The notes beneath the pieces were generated by a model. That model saw only the letters and a list, made by a program, of their open reading frames with translations, was not told where the DNA came from and searched no databases. A stretch of 63,994 nucleotides of DNA, counting the filler. It is 6 parts of 6 records of this genome, joined end to end, with 100 filler letters (N's around TTAATTAATTAA, not from the genome) between each part and the next. Parts side by side here need not be neighbours in the genome. Positions count along the whole stretch, not along the records: positions 1 to 29,539 come from SRR2962707_1825; 5 more parts are not named here. One strand, written 5' to 3'. This document shows, one piece after another, positions 8,853-19,850 of this stretch. Numbering within the stretch: position 1 is the stretch's first letter; each line of letters opens with the position of its first letter. The position numbers were made by a program, and so were the translations under genes.

Positions 8853-10289
8853 ATGTTTTTCACGGAAGACCGCCACCAATTCTTCAAGCCGCTGACCGGC
8901 AAGTACCGCGAGCAGGTGGCCGAGTGTCTGCGGCTGTTGCACGAGCGTTTGTACAGCGCCCAGGCCGATTACGGCGAGTCGCTCAAGCGCGAGCAGGTGC
9001 TGGATGTGTTTAGCGAGGCGCTGGAGCGGGCGCCCTTGCTGGAGGGCGGCGATGAGGACGGCAGCCGCTTCCGCAACAACCGGGAGCAGGCCGCCTGGAT
9101 TCTCAATACGCTGGTGGAGCATGGCTGGCTGAAGCGGGACAAGGACGAGGCGTCGTTTCAGTCCACCTATCCGTTCAGCCGCACCGGGCGCCTGTTCACC
9201 CAGACTCTGGCGGAGGTGGACGGCCGCGGCATCCGCACCCGCCATCGCAATACCCGCAATACGCTCAATGCGCTGGCCGCGTTTCTGGATCGCGGCGAGG
9301 TCTATGATCTGCTCGACGCCCACGAGCATTCCGAACGCATCATCGCCGACTTCACCGACATCATCGCCGAGCTGGAAGAGCGCAAGCGGGAGTTGGTGAA
9401 GGAAGTGGAGGCCCAGCAACTGGTGCAGCAGGCCAGCGACCAGTTCTTCGAGTTCATGGAGAAGCGCTTCCAGCCGGACGTGGCGATCCGCATGTCCGCC
9501 GACAGCGTGGAGAAACACCGCGACCGCATCCAGAACACCATCGAGCGCATCCGCCGCAAGCCCAAGGCGTGGAAGCGTAACGCGGAACTGGAGCTGCGGC
9601 GGCTGGCGCCGGATCTGGTGATCAACCCGGAGGGCTCGGTGTTGTGGCAGTTGCTGGACAGCATCGAAACCCGCATGCGCAGCGCCGCCGAGATCATGCT
9701 GCCGGCCCTGCGCCGGACTCTGCAGGGTTTTACCCGGCGGGCGGACATTATCATCCGCCAGCTCAGCTATCTGCACAGCCAGCAGCACAGCGACATTGTC
9801 GGCCTGTGCCGGGAGCTGTCCGAGCTGGATGACGCCACCGCCGCCAAGCGTTTGGAAGCCGCCGGGCAAGCCATGGCCCATTTGCGCCTGGGGCTGGTGG
9901 ATCCGGCCCAGAACCGGCTGCGCGAGCAGCGGGAGAAACGGCAGGTGCAAAGCCGCATGGCTCAGTTGGACGCGCCGGACCCGGCCACACTGCGCGACCT
10001 GGCGATTCAACAGTTGCTGGAGAAGGCGTTCAGCATCCACGGCGAAGGCCTGCGCGACTATCTGCGCCAGGCTCTGGGCGCCAGCCGCCGCATCGACAAC
10101 CGCGACCTGCCGGTGAACAACGCCACCGATCTGCTGGCGCTCAGCCATGTGATCGAGCTGGGCAGCGCCGACCATCGGGCCAGCGGTTTCCGGCTGCGCA
10201 TCGAACCCACCGACCCCATCGTCGGCGAACGCTACTTCGCCCGCCGTGATGGTTTTCTGCTGGAACTGGAACACGATGACGATACGTGA
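8853..10289 (+). CDS. jetA: Wadjet JetA/MksF kleisin-like subunit
   Basis: First gene of a four-gene SMC operon; [10 protein letters not shown] and L..L...GWL winged-helix pattern; start ATG 8853. Confidence 0.75.
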   Translation: MFFTEDRHQFFKPLTGKYREQVAECLRLLHERLYSAQADYGESLKREQVLDVFSEALERAPLLEGGDEDGSRFRNNREQAAWILNTLVEHGWLKRDKDEASFQSTYPFSRTGRLFTQTLAEVDGRGIRTRHRNTRNTLNALAAFLDRGEVYDLLDAHEHSERIIADFTDIIAELEERKRELVKEVEAQQLVQQASDQFFEFMEKRFQPDVAIRMSADSVEKHRDRIQNTIERIRRKPKAWKRNAELELRRLAPDLVINPEGSVLWQLLDSIETRMRSAAEIMLPALRRTLQGFTRRADIIIRQLSYLHSQQHSDIVGLCRELSELDDATAAKRLEAAGQAMAHLRLGLVDPAQNRLREQREKRQVQSRMAQLDAPDPATLRDLAIQQLLEKAFSIHGEGLRDYLRQALGASRRIDNRDLPVNNATDLLALSHVIELGSADHRASGFRLRIEPTDPIVGERYFARRDGFLLELEHDDDT

Positions 10290-10944
10290 CGCTTTGGCCG
10301 AGGCTCTGGAGGCCCGCGGCGTCAGCCCGGATCAGTTCTCCGAACTGATGATCCGGCTGCTGGACCGGGGCGTGCTATGCCGCGACGAAAGCAAAAAGGA
10401 AACGGAGCTCTACGATCGCTACCTGCAAGTGGCCGATCTGGTGGAGGATTATCTGAGCGTGCTGCGCATTCGCCTGCTGCACGAACGGCGCTTTCATTCG
10501 CTGCGGCTGTTTCCACCCGGCGCCGAGGTACCCGGCCTGGCCGACAGCGAGGACGGCTTCAACCAGGGCTTGCGTGAGCGCCTGAGCCAACAGGAAGTGG
10601 CCGCCATTCTGGTGTTGCGCGCGGAGTACGACAAAGCGTTGCGCGAAGGCCAGATCGACGAACACGGCCAGGTGATGCTGCCGCTGGAAGCGTTCAATCT
10701 GGCCAGCAAGAATCTGCTTGGCCGGCCGCTGCCGGAGGCGCTCACCGAACGGCGCGCCCTGTTCCGCCGGCTGCGTCAGTTACGGCTGATCCGCACCGCC
10801 AACGACGACGGTCTGGAAGACGCCGAGACCTGGCTGACCATCCGTCCGGACATCACCAGCCTGGTCACCGACGCGGTACTCAGCCAGCTCACCGGCGACG
10901 GGCCGGACACCGAAGCCCCCTCCCCGGAAGAGCTGCCATCATGA
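10276..10944 (+). CDS. jetB: Wadjet JetB/MksE (DUF4194-like KITE subunit)
   Basis: Overlaps the jetA stop; ILVLRAEYD and LRQLRLI...IRPDI motifs; size and position fit. Confidence 0.8.
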   Translation: MTIRDALAEALEARGVSPDQFSELMIRLLDRGVLCRDESKKETELYDRYLQVADLVEDYLSVLRIRLLHERRFHSLRLFPPGAEVPGLADSEDGFNQGLRERLSQQEVAAILVLRAEYDKALREGQIDEHGQVMLPLEAFNLASKNLLGRPLPEALTERRALFRRLRQLRLIRTANDDGLEDAETWLTIRPDITSLVTDAVLSQLTGDGPDTEAPSPEELPS

Positions 10945-10984
10945 TCGGTTATTTCACGTTCGCCTCTGTTGATCCGAGCCGCCC

Positions 10985-13900
10985 ATGTTTTTGAAACGTT
11001 CCATCACCGTCAATTGGGGCAACCTGCCCGCCGAAGAGCTGGAATACGGGCCCATCAATCTGTTCTCCGGCGGTAACGGCTCCGGCAAGACCACCGCCGC
11101 CGACGCCCTGCAGACGCTGATGACCGCCGCCCACGACAATCTGTTCAATTACAACCCGGGCCAGGACGAAACCACCCAGCGCGGCCGGGGCGGCAAGCAG
11201 GTGCGTACTCTGGCCTCCTATATTCTCGGCTGCGACGACGGCGCCTTCGCCCGCCCCTATGACAGCGACGGTTACTTGGCCGGCGTGTTTCATCCCACCA
11301 AGGGCGAGACCGCCGAGCCGTTCACGGCGGTGATTGGCGTGCGCGCGCATCTGGACCGCGCCGGCGTTACCGCCCAGGCGCGGCAAAATGAACTGCTGTT
11401 GATGATCGTGCCTGGCGAGATGCTGAGCCTGTCGCACTTCGTGCACGGCGAGGGCGCCGAGCGTCAGGTGGTGGAAATCACCGAGCTGCCCAATGCGCTG
11501 CGCCGGACGTTCGGCAAAAAGAACGTGGAAACCTACGAGAAGAAAGGCGCTTATCTGGCCCGACTGTACGGCGCCCTGCGCGGCCGCCGCGACGCGGTGT
11601 CCCAGCAGGAAGCCAAGAACGCCGCCCGCACCTTCGCCCGTTTCATGGCGTACAAACCGGTGGACTCCATTGATCAGTTCGTCGCCGGCGAAGTGCTGGA
11701 AGCCCAGGACATGGGCGACACGCTACGCCGTATCCGCGACATGCTGCGCACCATCCATGGCATGGAGCAGGAGGCCCGGCAACTGCGCGCCAGCGTGGAC
11801 TATCTGGAGCAGGCCCGTGGCCTGGCCGGGCAGTATCAGGAGACCTGGCTGGAGCGCACCGCCCTCGCCTACGGCGCCGCCGCGCAACGTTACCGCCGCA
11901 ACCAGCGCCAGTATCTGGAGAAAAAAGAGGAACAATCCCAGCTCCGCCAGCAACAACAGGCGTTGCGCGAAGAAGCGGAACAGGTGGAACAGCGCCTGGA
12001 GCAGGCCCACGACGAACTGGTGGGGCTGGAAGCACGCATACAGGGCATCCCCGCGCTGCGTGATAAACAGCAACTGCAGGCACAGCTGGAAAGCCTGACC
12101 CAACAGTTGCAGCAAGGCGCCCGCCCCCTGCTGGAGCAGGATCAGCAGCGCAGCCGTAACTTCACCGCGTTACGCAATCTGCGCGATCTGCTCAACCGTC
12201 ACAGCATCGAGCTGGAACTGCCGCTGTTCGCCAGCAAGGGCTGGCGGGCCACCAGCAAGGAGCTGCTGGCCCTGGAGCAGCGCCCGATACCGGACCTGAA
12301 TCAGATGCTGGCACGGGACTGGATCGATCTGTCGCCGCTGGAAAGCGGTCTGGAGCAGGCCCGCGCCGAGCAACAGTTGCACAACTATCTGGCGGAGCAA
12401 TTGCACGGGCAAGTGGACAGCGCCTCCGACCGGGAAAATCTCTCCCTGGCGCAGCGGCTGGACCGCCTGGTGACGCAAAGAGCGCAGGCTCTGGAAAAAC
12501 TGGACGAACAGCAAAAGCAGATTCAGCACCGCATCAGCACACTGGAATCAAAACGGGTGAACTATCCCCGTGATGTGGAGGAGGCGCTACAGGCGATCCG
12601 CGCGCAGTGCCCCCAGGCCGACCCTCGCGTGCTCTGCGATCACGTGGAAGTGCAAGACCCGGAATGGCAAATGGCCATCGAGGGTTACCTGGGCGGCGCC
12701 CGCTTCGGCATTCTGGTGGAGCCGGATTACGAAGCCGAGGCGATCCGCGTGGTACGCCGGCTGGCCGGCCGGCAGCGCAACAAGGCCCGGGTGATCCAGG
12801 GTGAGCAGGCGCGGCGGGACGCGGAGAAAGCCGCGCTGCCGGCGGAGTCCATCTTCCATGTGCTGCGTTTTTCCCATCGCACGGCGGAGCATTATCTGAA
12901 GGCCTCCTATGGCAATGTGGTACGAGTCGGCGACGCCGAAACTCTGCGCCGCACCCGGCGTGGTATTACCAGCGATGGCCTGGGCTCCGGCAACTACGCG
13001 CTGTTCCGCTGCGATCTGGACGACAGCCAGTTGGTGTTCGGCGAGACCGCCCGCGAGCGCAACCTGTATGCGCAGCGCAACGCCCTGATGGACGTACAGG
13101 AAAGCTACCGCCACGCCAGCGATGACTATCAGGCGGTGCGGCAACTGCAACAGCAGGTGCTCGAGTTCAAGCCGCTGGACTGGGTGGCCACCGTCACTCA
13201 CCTGCTGCAATGCCAGCGCCAGCTGTCCGACACCGAACAGGCCCTGGCCAATCTCGACCTCAGTGACCATGAAGAGCTGGAACGGCAACAGCAGGACGCC
13301 CGTCAGCGGCACAAGCAGCTGAGCCAACGGCAGGGCGAATTGAAGGAGGAAAACGGCAAGCTCGGCGAGCAGCAACACGCCTGCGAACGTGCCATCAATG
13401 CCCTCGCCGACCAGAGTGAGCAACTGCAACAGGATCAGGAAGACGCCGAGGAACACCTGCACGCCTGCACCCGGTACTGGCCGGATCTGGATGTACTGTC
13501 CCGTATCGATGCCATGGACCAGCGTTTGCAAGCCGCCCAGGACGACATCGATTTCGACAGCGAGGAGCGGGCCCTGCTCAACACCCTGAACAGCAACGCC
13601 GTCACTCTGGAACGGCTTGTCGGTGACTACAATCAGCAGGCCCAGCCGGCGGATCAGATCCTTATCGAAACCGCCGAGGAGCTGCACAGCGCCCCGTTCT
13701 TTGGCCACGTGCACCACCTGCATCAGCAGCTGGACAACCTGCACAACCGGCTGCGCAACAATGTCCTGCTGAGCAAACTGGAACAACTGGGCGGCCTGCG
13801 TGACACCTTCAACACCACCTTCGTCAGCGATCTGTGCAACCAGATCCAGCAAGCCATCAAGGACGGCGAACGTACTCTCAAGAATCTGAACAAGGAGCTG

Positions 13901-14635
13901 GAACACCATTACTTCGGCGCCGACCGGGAACGGTTCTCCTTCGACTGGGAGTGGGTGCAAGAATACAAGGAATACTGGGACTTCTTCCGCGAAGTCACCG
14001 AGATTCCCAACCTGGGCGACGGCGCCAGCCTGTTCGAGAGCACCCTCTCCGACAAGGCCACGGCCGTGCGCGACCGGTTGCTCGCGTTGCTGCTGGACGG
14101 CGACGAACAACAGGCACTGCGCGAGCTGGAACGGATCAGCGACTACCGGCGCTATCGCCGCTACGACATCCTCAAACACCCGGAAGGCAAGGCGCCGATC
14201 CGTCTCAGCCAGTACGGCACCGGCTCCGGCGGCCAGTTGGAAACGCCCGCCTACATTATCCGCGCCGCCGCCATCACCAGCGCGTTCCGCTTCAACGAAG
14301 GCGACAGCCACCTGCGCATGGTGATCGTCGACGAGGCGTTCATGCACATGGACGAAACCCGCTCGCGCCAGGTGATCCGTTACCTCACCGAAACCCTGGG
14401 CCTGCAATTGATCTTCATCATGCCCACCAGCAAGGCCGGCCCCTTCCTGGACCTGGTCAGCAACCAGTTCGTGTTCAGCAAGGTGCCCAGTCCGGTGCCG
14501 GTGGGCGAACTCAATACCCGCGTGCTGGTGGACCGCCAGCAACTCAACCAGGAACGCATCGCCGAGTTGTGGGATCAACACCGGCGTGTGATCCGCCAGC
14601 AAGGCGCGCTGGACTTCATGGAAGGGATTTCGTGA
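10985..14635 (+). CDS. jetC: Wadjet JetC/MksB SMC-family ATPase
   Basis: N-terminal Walker A GGNGSGKT, long coiled coils with a central hinge, signature GSGGQ, Walker B VIVDEAF. Confidence 0.92.
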   Translation: MFLKRSITVNWGNLPAEELEYGPINLFSGGNGSGKTTAADALQTLMTAAHDNLFNYNPGQDETTQRGRGGKQVRTLASYILGCDDGAFARPYDSDGYLAGVFHPTKGETAEPFTAVIGVRAHLDRAGVTAQARQNELLLMIVPGEMLSLSHFVHGEGAERQVVEITELPNALRRTFGKKNVETYEKKGAYLARLYGALRGRRDAVSQQEAKNAARTFARFMAYKPVDSIDQFVAGEVLEAQDMGDTLRRIRDMLRTIHGMEQEARQLRASVDYLEQARGLAGQYQETWLERTALAYGAAAQRYRRNQRQYLEKKEEQSQLRQQQQALREEAEQVEQRLEQAHDELVGLEARIQGIPALRDKQQLQAQLESLTQQLQQGARPLLEQDQQRSRNFTALRNLRDLLNRHSIELELPLFASKGWRATSKELLALEQRPIPDLNQMLARDWIDLSPLESGLEQARAEQQLHNYLAEQLHGQVDSASDRENLSLAQRLDRLVTQRAQALEKLDEQQKQIQHRISTLESKRVNYPRDVEEALQAIRAQCPQADPRVLCDHVEVQDPEWQMAIEGYLGGARFGILVEPDYEAEAIRVVRRLAGRQRNKARVIQGEQARRDAEKAALPAESIFHVLRFSHRTAEHYLKASYGNVVRVGDAETLRRTRRGITSDGLGSGNYALFRCDLDDSQLVFGETARERNLYAQRNALMDVQESYRHASDDYQAVRQLQQQVLEFKPLDWVATVTHLLQCQRQLSDTEQALANLDLSDHEELERQQQDARQRHKQLSQRQGELKEENGKLGEQQHACERAINALADQSEQLQQDQEDAEEHLHACTRYWPDLDVLSRIDAMDQRLQAAQDDIDFDSEERALLNTLNSNAVTLERLVGDYNQQAQPADQILIETAEELHSAPFFGHVHHLHQQLDNLHNRLRNNVLLSKLEQLGGLRDTFNTTFVSDLCNQIQQAIKDGERTLKNLNKELEHHYFGADRERFSFDWEWVQEYKEYWDFFREVTEIPNLGDGASLFESTLSDKATAVRDRLLALLLDGDEQQALRELERISDYRRYRRYDILKHPEGKAPIRLSQYGTGSGGQLETPAYIIRAAAITSAFRFNEGDSHLRMVIVDEAFMHMDETRSRQVIRYLTETLGLQLIFIMPTSKAGPFLDLVSNQFVFSKVPSPVPVGELNTRVLVDRQQLNQERIAELWDQHRRVIRQQGALDFMEGIS

Positions 14636-14683
14636 TGAGAAGGACTCTCATGATAAAAGGGCTCTCGTGATGGAAGGGATGCC

Positions 14684-15811
14684 ATGAGCGCGCCGCCCTG
14701 GCTGGAGGAGGAGCCCTGGCTGCGGCGGTTACTGAGCTGGTTCCTGGACCGGCTGGAGCGCCCACGCACCCAGGCCATCACCCGGCGGGTCAAAAAAACC
14801 ACGGTGCCGGAATTGTTCCGCTTCAGTGAGGACACCCGCTATCGCTGGCAACTGGTGGAACGGCTGGCACGGGAATACCGGGTCTTCAGCATCCAATACG
14901 ACTCCCGCTTGGATCCTTTTCAGGAACGCTACGAGAACGCCCAACTGCGTCTTGATCCAAGCTGCGAAGCGCTTCTGCGCGACTGGCTCGATCGTCCCCG
15001 CGTGGATCCACGGAGACGAGCCTGGCAGAACGCTCTGAGCGGCCATGAAGCGCATTTCCAGGATGGCGGCGCGGCTCTGCTCGATGCCCAACCGGCACTG
15101 GCCGGTGAATCACCGGAAGACATGGTCGGCCACTTCGTCCTTGCCGCTAATTTGCTGGACAGCGACCTCACCTTGCGTGAACTCTCCGCCCGCTGCTTTC
15201 GCGGCGACTCCAAGTTTCTCGATGGCCGCCAGGACCTGCTCGCCCGCCTGTTCGGCGAGCGCGCCCAACGCCTCCGGCCACGTCCTTTGCTGCTCACCGC
15301 CTGGGCGCCAGCCGGTTTCGAGCGATTACTGATCGTGGAAAACCAGGACAGCTTCCTGCGTCTGGTGGAACAGGCGCCCGTCGGCCACGCCTTGCTCTAC
15401 AGCGGCGGTTTCCGCGCCAGCGCTCAGCGCCTCACCAGCCCCCACACCCGTTTCGCCTTTCTGCCCGGCAGCGACGGCGCTGATTTCCATGCGCGCTGGC
15501 TCAGTAACACCTTGCCCGCGTTCTTCTGGGGCGATCTGGATTTCGCCGGCCTGGGCATCCTCGCCGCGCTGCGACACAGCCTGCCGCAACTGACGGCCTG
15601 GCGCCTGGGCTATGAGCCCATGCTCCTGGCGCTGGAGGATGGCCAGGGCCATGGCGCCGAACAGGCGGGCAAGGGACGTCAGAACGATCCCGGCAACACC
15701 GGCTGCCCCTACGCGGACCAACAATTGCTGCCCGCCCTCCGCGACCACCAGCGTTTTCTGGATCAGGAAGGCTTCCTCCCGGTTCTGTCCTCCCCCCGGA
15801 CACCATTGTAA
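14684..15811 (+). CDS. jetD: Wadjet JetD/MksG TOPRIM nuclease
   Basis: F.GDSK, IVENQDSF, WGDLDFAGLGI (DxD) and LDQEG motifs; follows jetC. Confidence 0.88.
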   Translation: MSAPPWLEEEPWLRRLLSWFLDRLERPRTQAITRRVKKTTVPELFRFSEDTRYRWQLVERLAREYRVFSIQYDSRLDPFQERYENAQLRLDPSCEALLRDWLDRPRVDPRRRAWQNALSGHEAHFQDGGAALLDAQPALAGESPEDMVGHFVLAANLLDSDLTLRELSARCFRGDSKFLDGRQDLLARLFGERAQRLRPRPLLLTAWAPAGFERLLIVENQDSFLRLVEQAPVGHALLYSGGFRASAQRLTSPHTRFAFLPGSDGADFHARWLSNTLPAFFWGDLDFAGLGILAALRHSLPQLTAWRLGYEPMLLALEDGQGHGAEQAGKGRQNDPGNTGCPYADQQLLPALRDHQRFLDQEGFLPVLSSPRTPL

Positions 15812-15825
15812 TGATATCCATTCTC
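15807..15825. promoter_or_regulatory. Fur box upstream of the fecI-like gene
   Basis: TGTAATGATATCCATTCTC, 14/19 match to GATAATGATAATCATTATC. Confidence 0.75.
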
Positions 15826-15875
15826 ACATAGACTCGCCGTCATCCCTAACCTTATAAAAATGTCGGGGGCGGCAA

Positions 15876-16409
15876 ATGTCCGGCGCCACACGGGACCCCC
15901 TTACGGTCCACGCCTTGTACAGTGAATATCACGGCTGGTTGCACCGCGTGCTGCAGCGCCGCTTGGGCGATGCCGACGATGCCGCCGACCTGGCCCACGA
16001 TGCCTTCCTGCGTCTGCTGACGCGGCCGCGACCGCTGGATCATGGCAGCGCCCGCCCTTATCTGAGCCGCATGGCCCGGGGGCTGTGCGCGGATCTGTGG
16101 CGCCGCCGGGAAATCGAACGGGCCTGGCTGGAAACCCTGGCCCACCATCCGCAGGCCGAGGCGCCATCCGCCGAGCAAAGCGCCGCCGCCCTGGAAGCGC
16201 TGGTGGCGGTGGACGGCATGTTGAAACGGCTGCCGCCGATGGTGGCGCGCACTTTCGTGCTGTCCATGGTGCACGGCCTGAACGGCAAGCAAATCACCCA
16301 GCGTCTGGGGATAACCGACCGCACCGTGCGCAACCATCTGTCGCGGGCGATGCTCGCCTGTCTGCGTTTGCAGGCACGTTTGGATGGCGCCCCGGAGCCC
16401 CACTCGTGA
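15876..16409 (+). CDS. FecI-like ECF sigma factor
   Basis: HGWL...DAADLAHDAFLRL, RREIERAWL, C-terminal HTH. Confidence 0.92.
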   Translation: MSGATRDPLTVHALYSEYHGWLHRVLQRRLGDADDAADLAHDAFLRLLTRPRPLDHGSARPYLSRMARGLCADLWRRREIERAWLETLAHHPQAEAPSAEQSAAALEALVAVDGMLKRLPPMVARTFVLSMVHGLNGKQITQRLGITDRTVRNHLSRAMLACLRLQARLDGAPEPHS

Positions 16410-17401
16410 CACGATCCGCGCCGCTCGATCCCCGGATCCTCAGTGACGCCGCCGACTGGTTCGCGCTACTGCGTTCCGGCCAGGCCTCGGAGGCGGACAC
16501 CGAGCGCTGGCGGCAATGGCTGGCCCGGCACCCGGACCATCAACAGGGCTGGCGCCTGGTGGAACAGGTGGAGCAGCGCTTCGAAGCCGCTACTGGAGAC
16601 CATCCACATCACACCGAAGCCACTCTGGAGCGCGCACGCCATGATCGGCTGCGGCGCCGGGGCGTGATCAAGGGATTGGCGCTGCTGCTTGCCAGCGGCG
16701 GCCTCGGTTGGTCCGGCTGGCAGGTCACCGGCGCCGGCGAGCGGATCGCCGCCTGGCGGGCCAGCCACCGCACCGGCGTCGGCGAGATCCGCGCCCTGGA
16801 ACTGGCGGACGGCACCCGGGTGTGGTTGAACACGGACACCGCGCTGAACACCGACCTGACCGGACCCCAGCGCCACTTTCAATTACTGCGCGGCGAGATC
16901 CTGCTGGAAACCGGCCCCGACCCACGGCCATTGGAAGTGGCCACACCAGCAGGCGTCGCCCGCCCGTTGGGTACCCGCTTCACCGTCCGTCTGGAACAGG
17001 AGCGCACTTTCCTGGCGGTCTACGCAGGCGAGGTGGCAATCACCACCCGCGGCCACCAGCAGGCGCGGCTACCGGCCGGTTTTCAGACCCGCTTTTCCGC
17101 AACGGACATCGAGACACCCGCCCGGGCGGACCCGGCGCGCGAGGCCTGGCATCGGGGCATCCTGCTGGCCGACGACATCCGCCTCGACGAATTGGTGAAG
17201 GAGCTGGGGCACTACCAACACGGCTTCATCAACGTGGCGCCGGAAGTGGCCGGTCTGCGGGTCTTCGGCGGTTATCCGCTGGCGCAACCGGAACGGGCAC
17301 TGACCATGCTGGAGGCGGCCCTGCCGATCCGTATCCAACGCCCTCTGCCCTGGTGGACGGAGATCGGCCCTGGCCCCGGCTTCCGGGCAGAAGAAAAATA
17401 A
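16406..17401 (+). CDS. FecR-like anti-sigma/signal transducer
   Basis: GTG start overlapping the sigma stop; AADWF, LADGTRVWLNTDT and LGTRFTVR motifs. Confidence 0.92.
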   Translation: MTRSAPLDPRILSDAADWFALLRSGQASEADTERWRQWLARHPDHQQGWRLVEQVEQRFEAATGDHPHHTEATLERARHDRLRRRGVIKGLALLLASGGLGWSGWQVTGAGERIAAWRASHRTGVGEIRALELADGTRVWLNTDTALNTDLTGPQRHFQLLRGEILLETGPDPRPLEVATPAGVARPLGTRFTVRLEQERTFLAVYAGEVAITTRGHQQARLPAGFQTRFSATDIETPARADPAREAWHRGILLADDIRLDELVKELGHYQHGFINVAPEVAGLRVFGGYPLAQPERALTMLEAALPIRIQRPLPWWTEIGPGPGFRAEEK

Positions 17402-17477
17402 TTTTCCGCTTTCAACCTACCTGTTCGATGTATTGGTAAGCCCGCACTGTCGGGCACCGACGACAACAGGAGATACC

Positions 17478-19700
17478 GTGTCACATTCAGCACCGACGCG
17501 CCGCCGGCTGCGCGCCCTGGCCCTTGGCGTGGCCCTGGGTCTGGGCGGCGTACCGTTCACCGGCGCCACCGCCCAAACCACCCCGCCCGGCAGCGAGCAA
17601 CAGCAGTACGACATCCCTCCCGGGCCGCTGAACACGGTGCTGACGCGCTTCGCCGAACGCTCCGGCACCTTTATTGCCGGCGACCTCCGGCTGACGGCGG
17701 ACAAGCACAGCGACGGCCTGCGCGGCCGCTTCAGCCGCGAGGAGGCGCTCGACCGCATCCTGGCCGGCAGCGGACTGATGGCCGAACGTCAAGATGACGG
17801 CAGCTATACGCTCAAGGCCGCCAGCACCAGCACCCGGCTCGCCCCGGTGACGGTCACAGCGCCGACTCACCAGGGCGGGCGGCCGCGCACCCTCGACTAC
17901 GACCGCGCGACCATCGAGGCGCAGCGTCCGCAGGACATCAAGGATCTGTTCAAGAAGGAGGCGTCGGTGGCGGTGGGCGGCCCCATCGCCATGAACCAGA
18001 AAGTCTATGTGCGCGGTGTCGAGGAAACCGCCATGGTGGTCACCGTGGATGGCGCCCGGCAGAACAACAAGGTGTTCCACCACAACGCCACCAATCTGAT
18101 CGACCCGTCCCTGCTCAAAGCCGCGCGCGCCTCCGCCGGTGTAGCGGCGGCCGACGCCGGCCCCGGCGCACTGGGCGGCAGTCTCGCCTACGAGACCGTG
18201 GACGCGGCCGATCTGCTGGCGCCGGACGACAATGCGGGCGCTTTCCTGGACGGACGCTATGCCTCCAACGGCGATACCCGGTCCGTTGCCGGCGCCGCCT
18301 TTGGCCGGGCTGGCGGCTTCGAGGGGCTGGGTTACATCAAGCATACCGACGGCAATGACTACGAAGACGGCAACGGCGACACCGCCCGTTTCACCGCCCC
18401 CGGACTAATCAGCGGCCTGCTCAAGGTGGCCTACGAGGATGCCGGAGCGGGCCGCTTCGAGCTCAGTCACGAAGTGGTCAACGACGATGCCGCCCGCCCC
18501 TACCGGGCCAACTTCGCCGGTCTGGACGGCGGCCGGCCGGTGCCCGATTCCCGGGTCTACGATCTGACCCGCCGCAATACCGTCTTCAATTACCAGCGCG
18601 ACACCGGCCAGGGCTACTGGAACCCGGCGGCAACGCTGGCTCATAACGAAACCGAACTGGACACCCGCGAAGTGCCGCTGTCCGCGCCGGATACCCAGGT
18701 GGTCTACACCGGCATCACCGAAAGCGTCTCCGCCACCCTCAAGAACGTGGCGCACACCCGCTTCGCCAATATCACCTTTGGCCTCGATCATTACGATGAC
18801 AGTGCCATATTCCGCGAGGCCGGCAGCGCGGACCTGGAGGAAGCCGCCCGCAATACCGGGGTCTTCGTGCAGTTTCGCCAGGATCTGTGGGAACGGCTGG
18901 AACTCTCCTATGGCGCCCGCTACGACGACCAGACCTTCACCGGTACCGACGATTCCCACCACGACGACAAGGGCGTCAGCAGCAACGTGTTCGGCGAGTT
19001 CCACGTCAACGATCATCTGTCACTGAACGCTGGCTACACCGATGTCTGGGCGGGCACCGCCCTGGCCGAGAACTACATCCTCAACGGCGCCTGGGACTAC
19101 GCCAATCTGGAGCCGGTGCGCGCCCACAACCGTACCGCCGGATTGCACCTGCATCGTGGCGGCTTCTTCGCCGAGGCCAATCGCTTCCGCACCGCCATCG
19201 CCAACGCCCGGGTGCCGTCCTACGGCGGCGACCCGGCCGCGGTGGCGGATTTCGACATCGATGGCTACGACCTGGCGGTGGGCTACATGGGGCGCCTGGG
19301 CGAAGTGTCAGTGAAGTACGCCAACATCGATTCGGAGAAAGATGGCGACCCGGCCACCTCTTATGACGGCAACTATTTCACCGCGCCGCTGGGCGAGCTG
19401 ATCACCGTCAGCGGCGTGTTCGCGGTACCGCGTTGGCCCCTGGAACTGGGCGCCAGCGCGGAAATCGCCCTCGACAACGACGACGTGGAGAGCAACGGCG
19501 CCAAACAGGAGGGCTACACGGTGGTGGACATCTACGCGGAGTACCGGCCGGTGCCGCCGCTGACCCTGCGCCTGTCGGTGGACAACCTCAATGACGAGGA
19601 TTACGTGGACCGGGCCAGCTATGGGCAGGAGTTCCCCGATGTAAGTCCACTGCTGGAACCGGGCCGCTCCATTGCTTTGCAGGCGCGTTACGACTTCTGA
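17478..19700 (+). CDS. TonB-dependent receptor with N-terminal signalling (STN) domain, FrpB/VctA-like
   Basis: YDIPPGPL...AL..IL.GSGL STN domain; VYVRG...VDGARQ...FHH plug; terminal YDF; AGGAG RBS before GTG 17478. Confidence 0.88.
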   Translation: MSHSAPTRRRLRALALGVALGLGGVPFTGATAQTTPPGSEQQQYDIPPGPLNTVLTRFAERSGTFIAGDLRLTADKHSDGLRGRFSREEALDRILAGSGLMAERQDDGSYTLKAASTSTRLAPVTVTAPTHQGGRPRTLDYDRATIEAQRPQDIKDLFKKEASVAVGGPIAMNQKVYVRGVEETAMVVTVDGARQNNKVFHHNATNLIDPSLLKAARASAGVAAADAGPGALGGSLAYETVDAADLLAPDDNAGAFLDGRYASNGDTRSVAGAAFGRAGGFEGLGYIKHTDGNDYEDGNGDTARFTAPGLISGLLKVAYEDAGAGRFELSHEVVNDDAARPYRANFAGLDGGRPVPDSRVYDLTRRNTVFNYQRDTGQGYWNPAATLAHNETELDTREVPLSAPDTQVVYTGITESVSATLKNVAHTRFANITFGLDHYDDSAIFREAGSADLEEAARNTGVFVQFRQDLWERLELSYGARYDDQTFTGTDDSHHDDKGVSSNVFGEFHVNDHLSLNAGYTDVWAGTALAENYILNGAWDYANLEPVRAHNRTAGLHLHRGGFFAEANRFRTAIANARVPSYGGDPAAVADFDIDGYDLAVGYMGRLGEVSVKYANIDSEKDGDPATSYDGNYFTAPLGELITVSGVFAVPRWPLELGASAEIALDNDDVESNGAKQEGYTVVDIYAEYRPVPPLTLRLSVDNLNDEDYVDRASYGQEFPDVSPLLEPGRSIALQARYDF

Positions 19701-19850
19701 GCGAAACGCGGAGGCTCCGTTTTCAATATGGAGCCGGGTTGCGGTGGTTGATTTCCACGGCCATCGCAACTTTGCAAAGTTATACAACGTGTCCAACCTG
19801 AGGAATGCACCATGGGAGTCCGCTTATCCATCATGTGAGGAGAGACGATC

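Noticed and set aside
12587-14602. Long antisense ORFs (671 aa here; also 8841-10274, 4257-5543, 1614-2786, 20181-21110)
   Set aside because: They are shadows of high-GC coding genes on the opposite strand and carry no recognisable motifs.
14597-14635. JetC tail QGALDF as a clamp-binding motif
   Set aside because: Only a loose match, unsupported without a conservation analysis.
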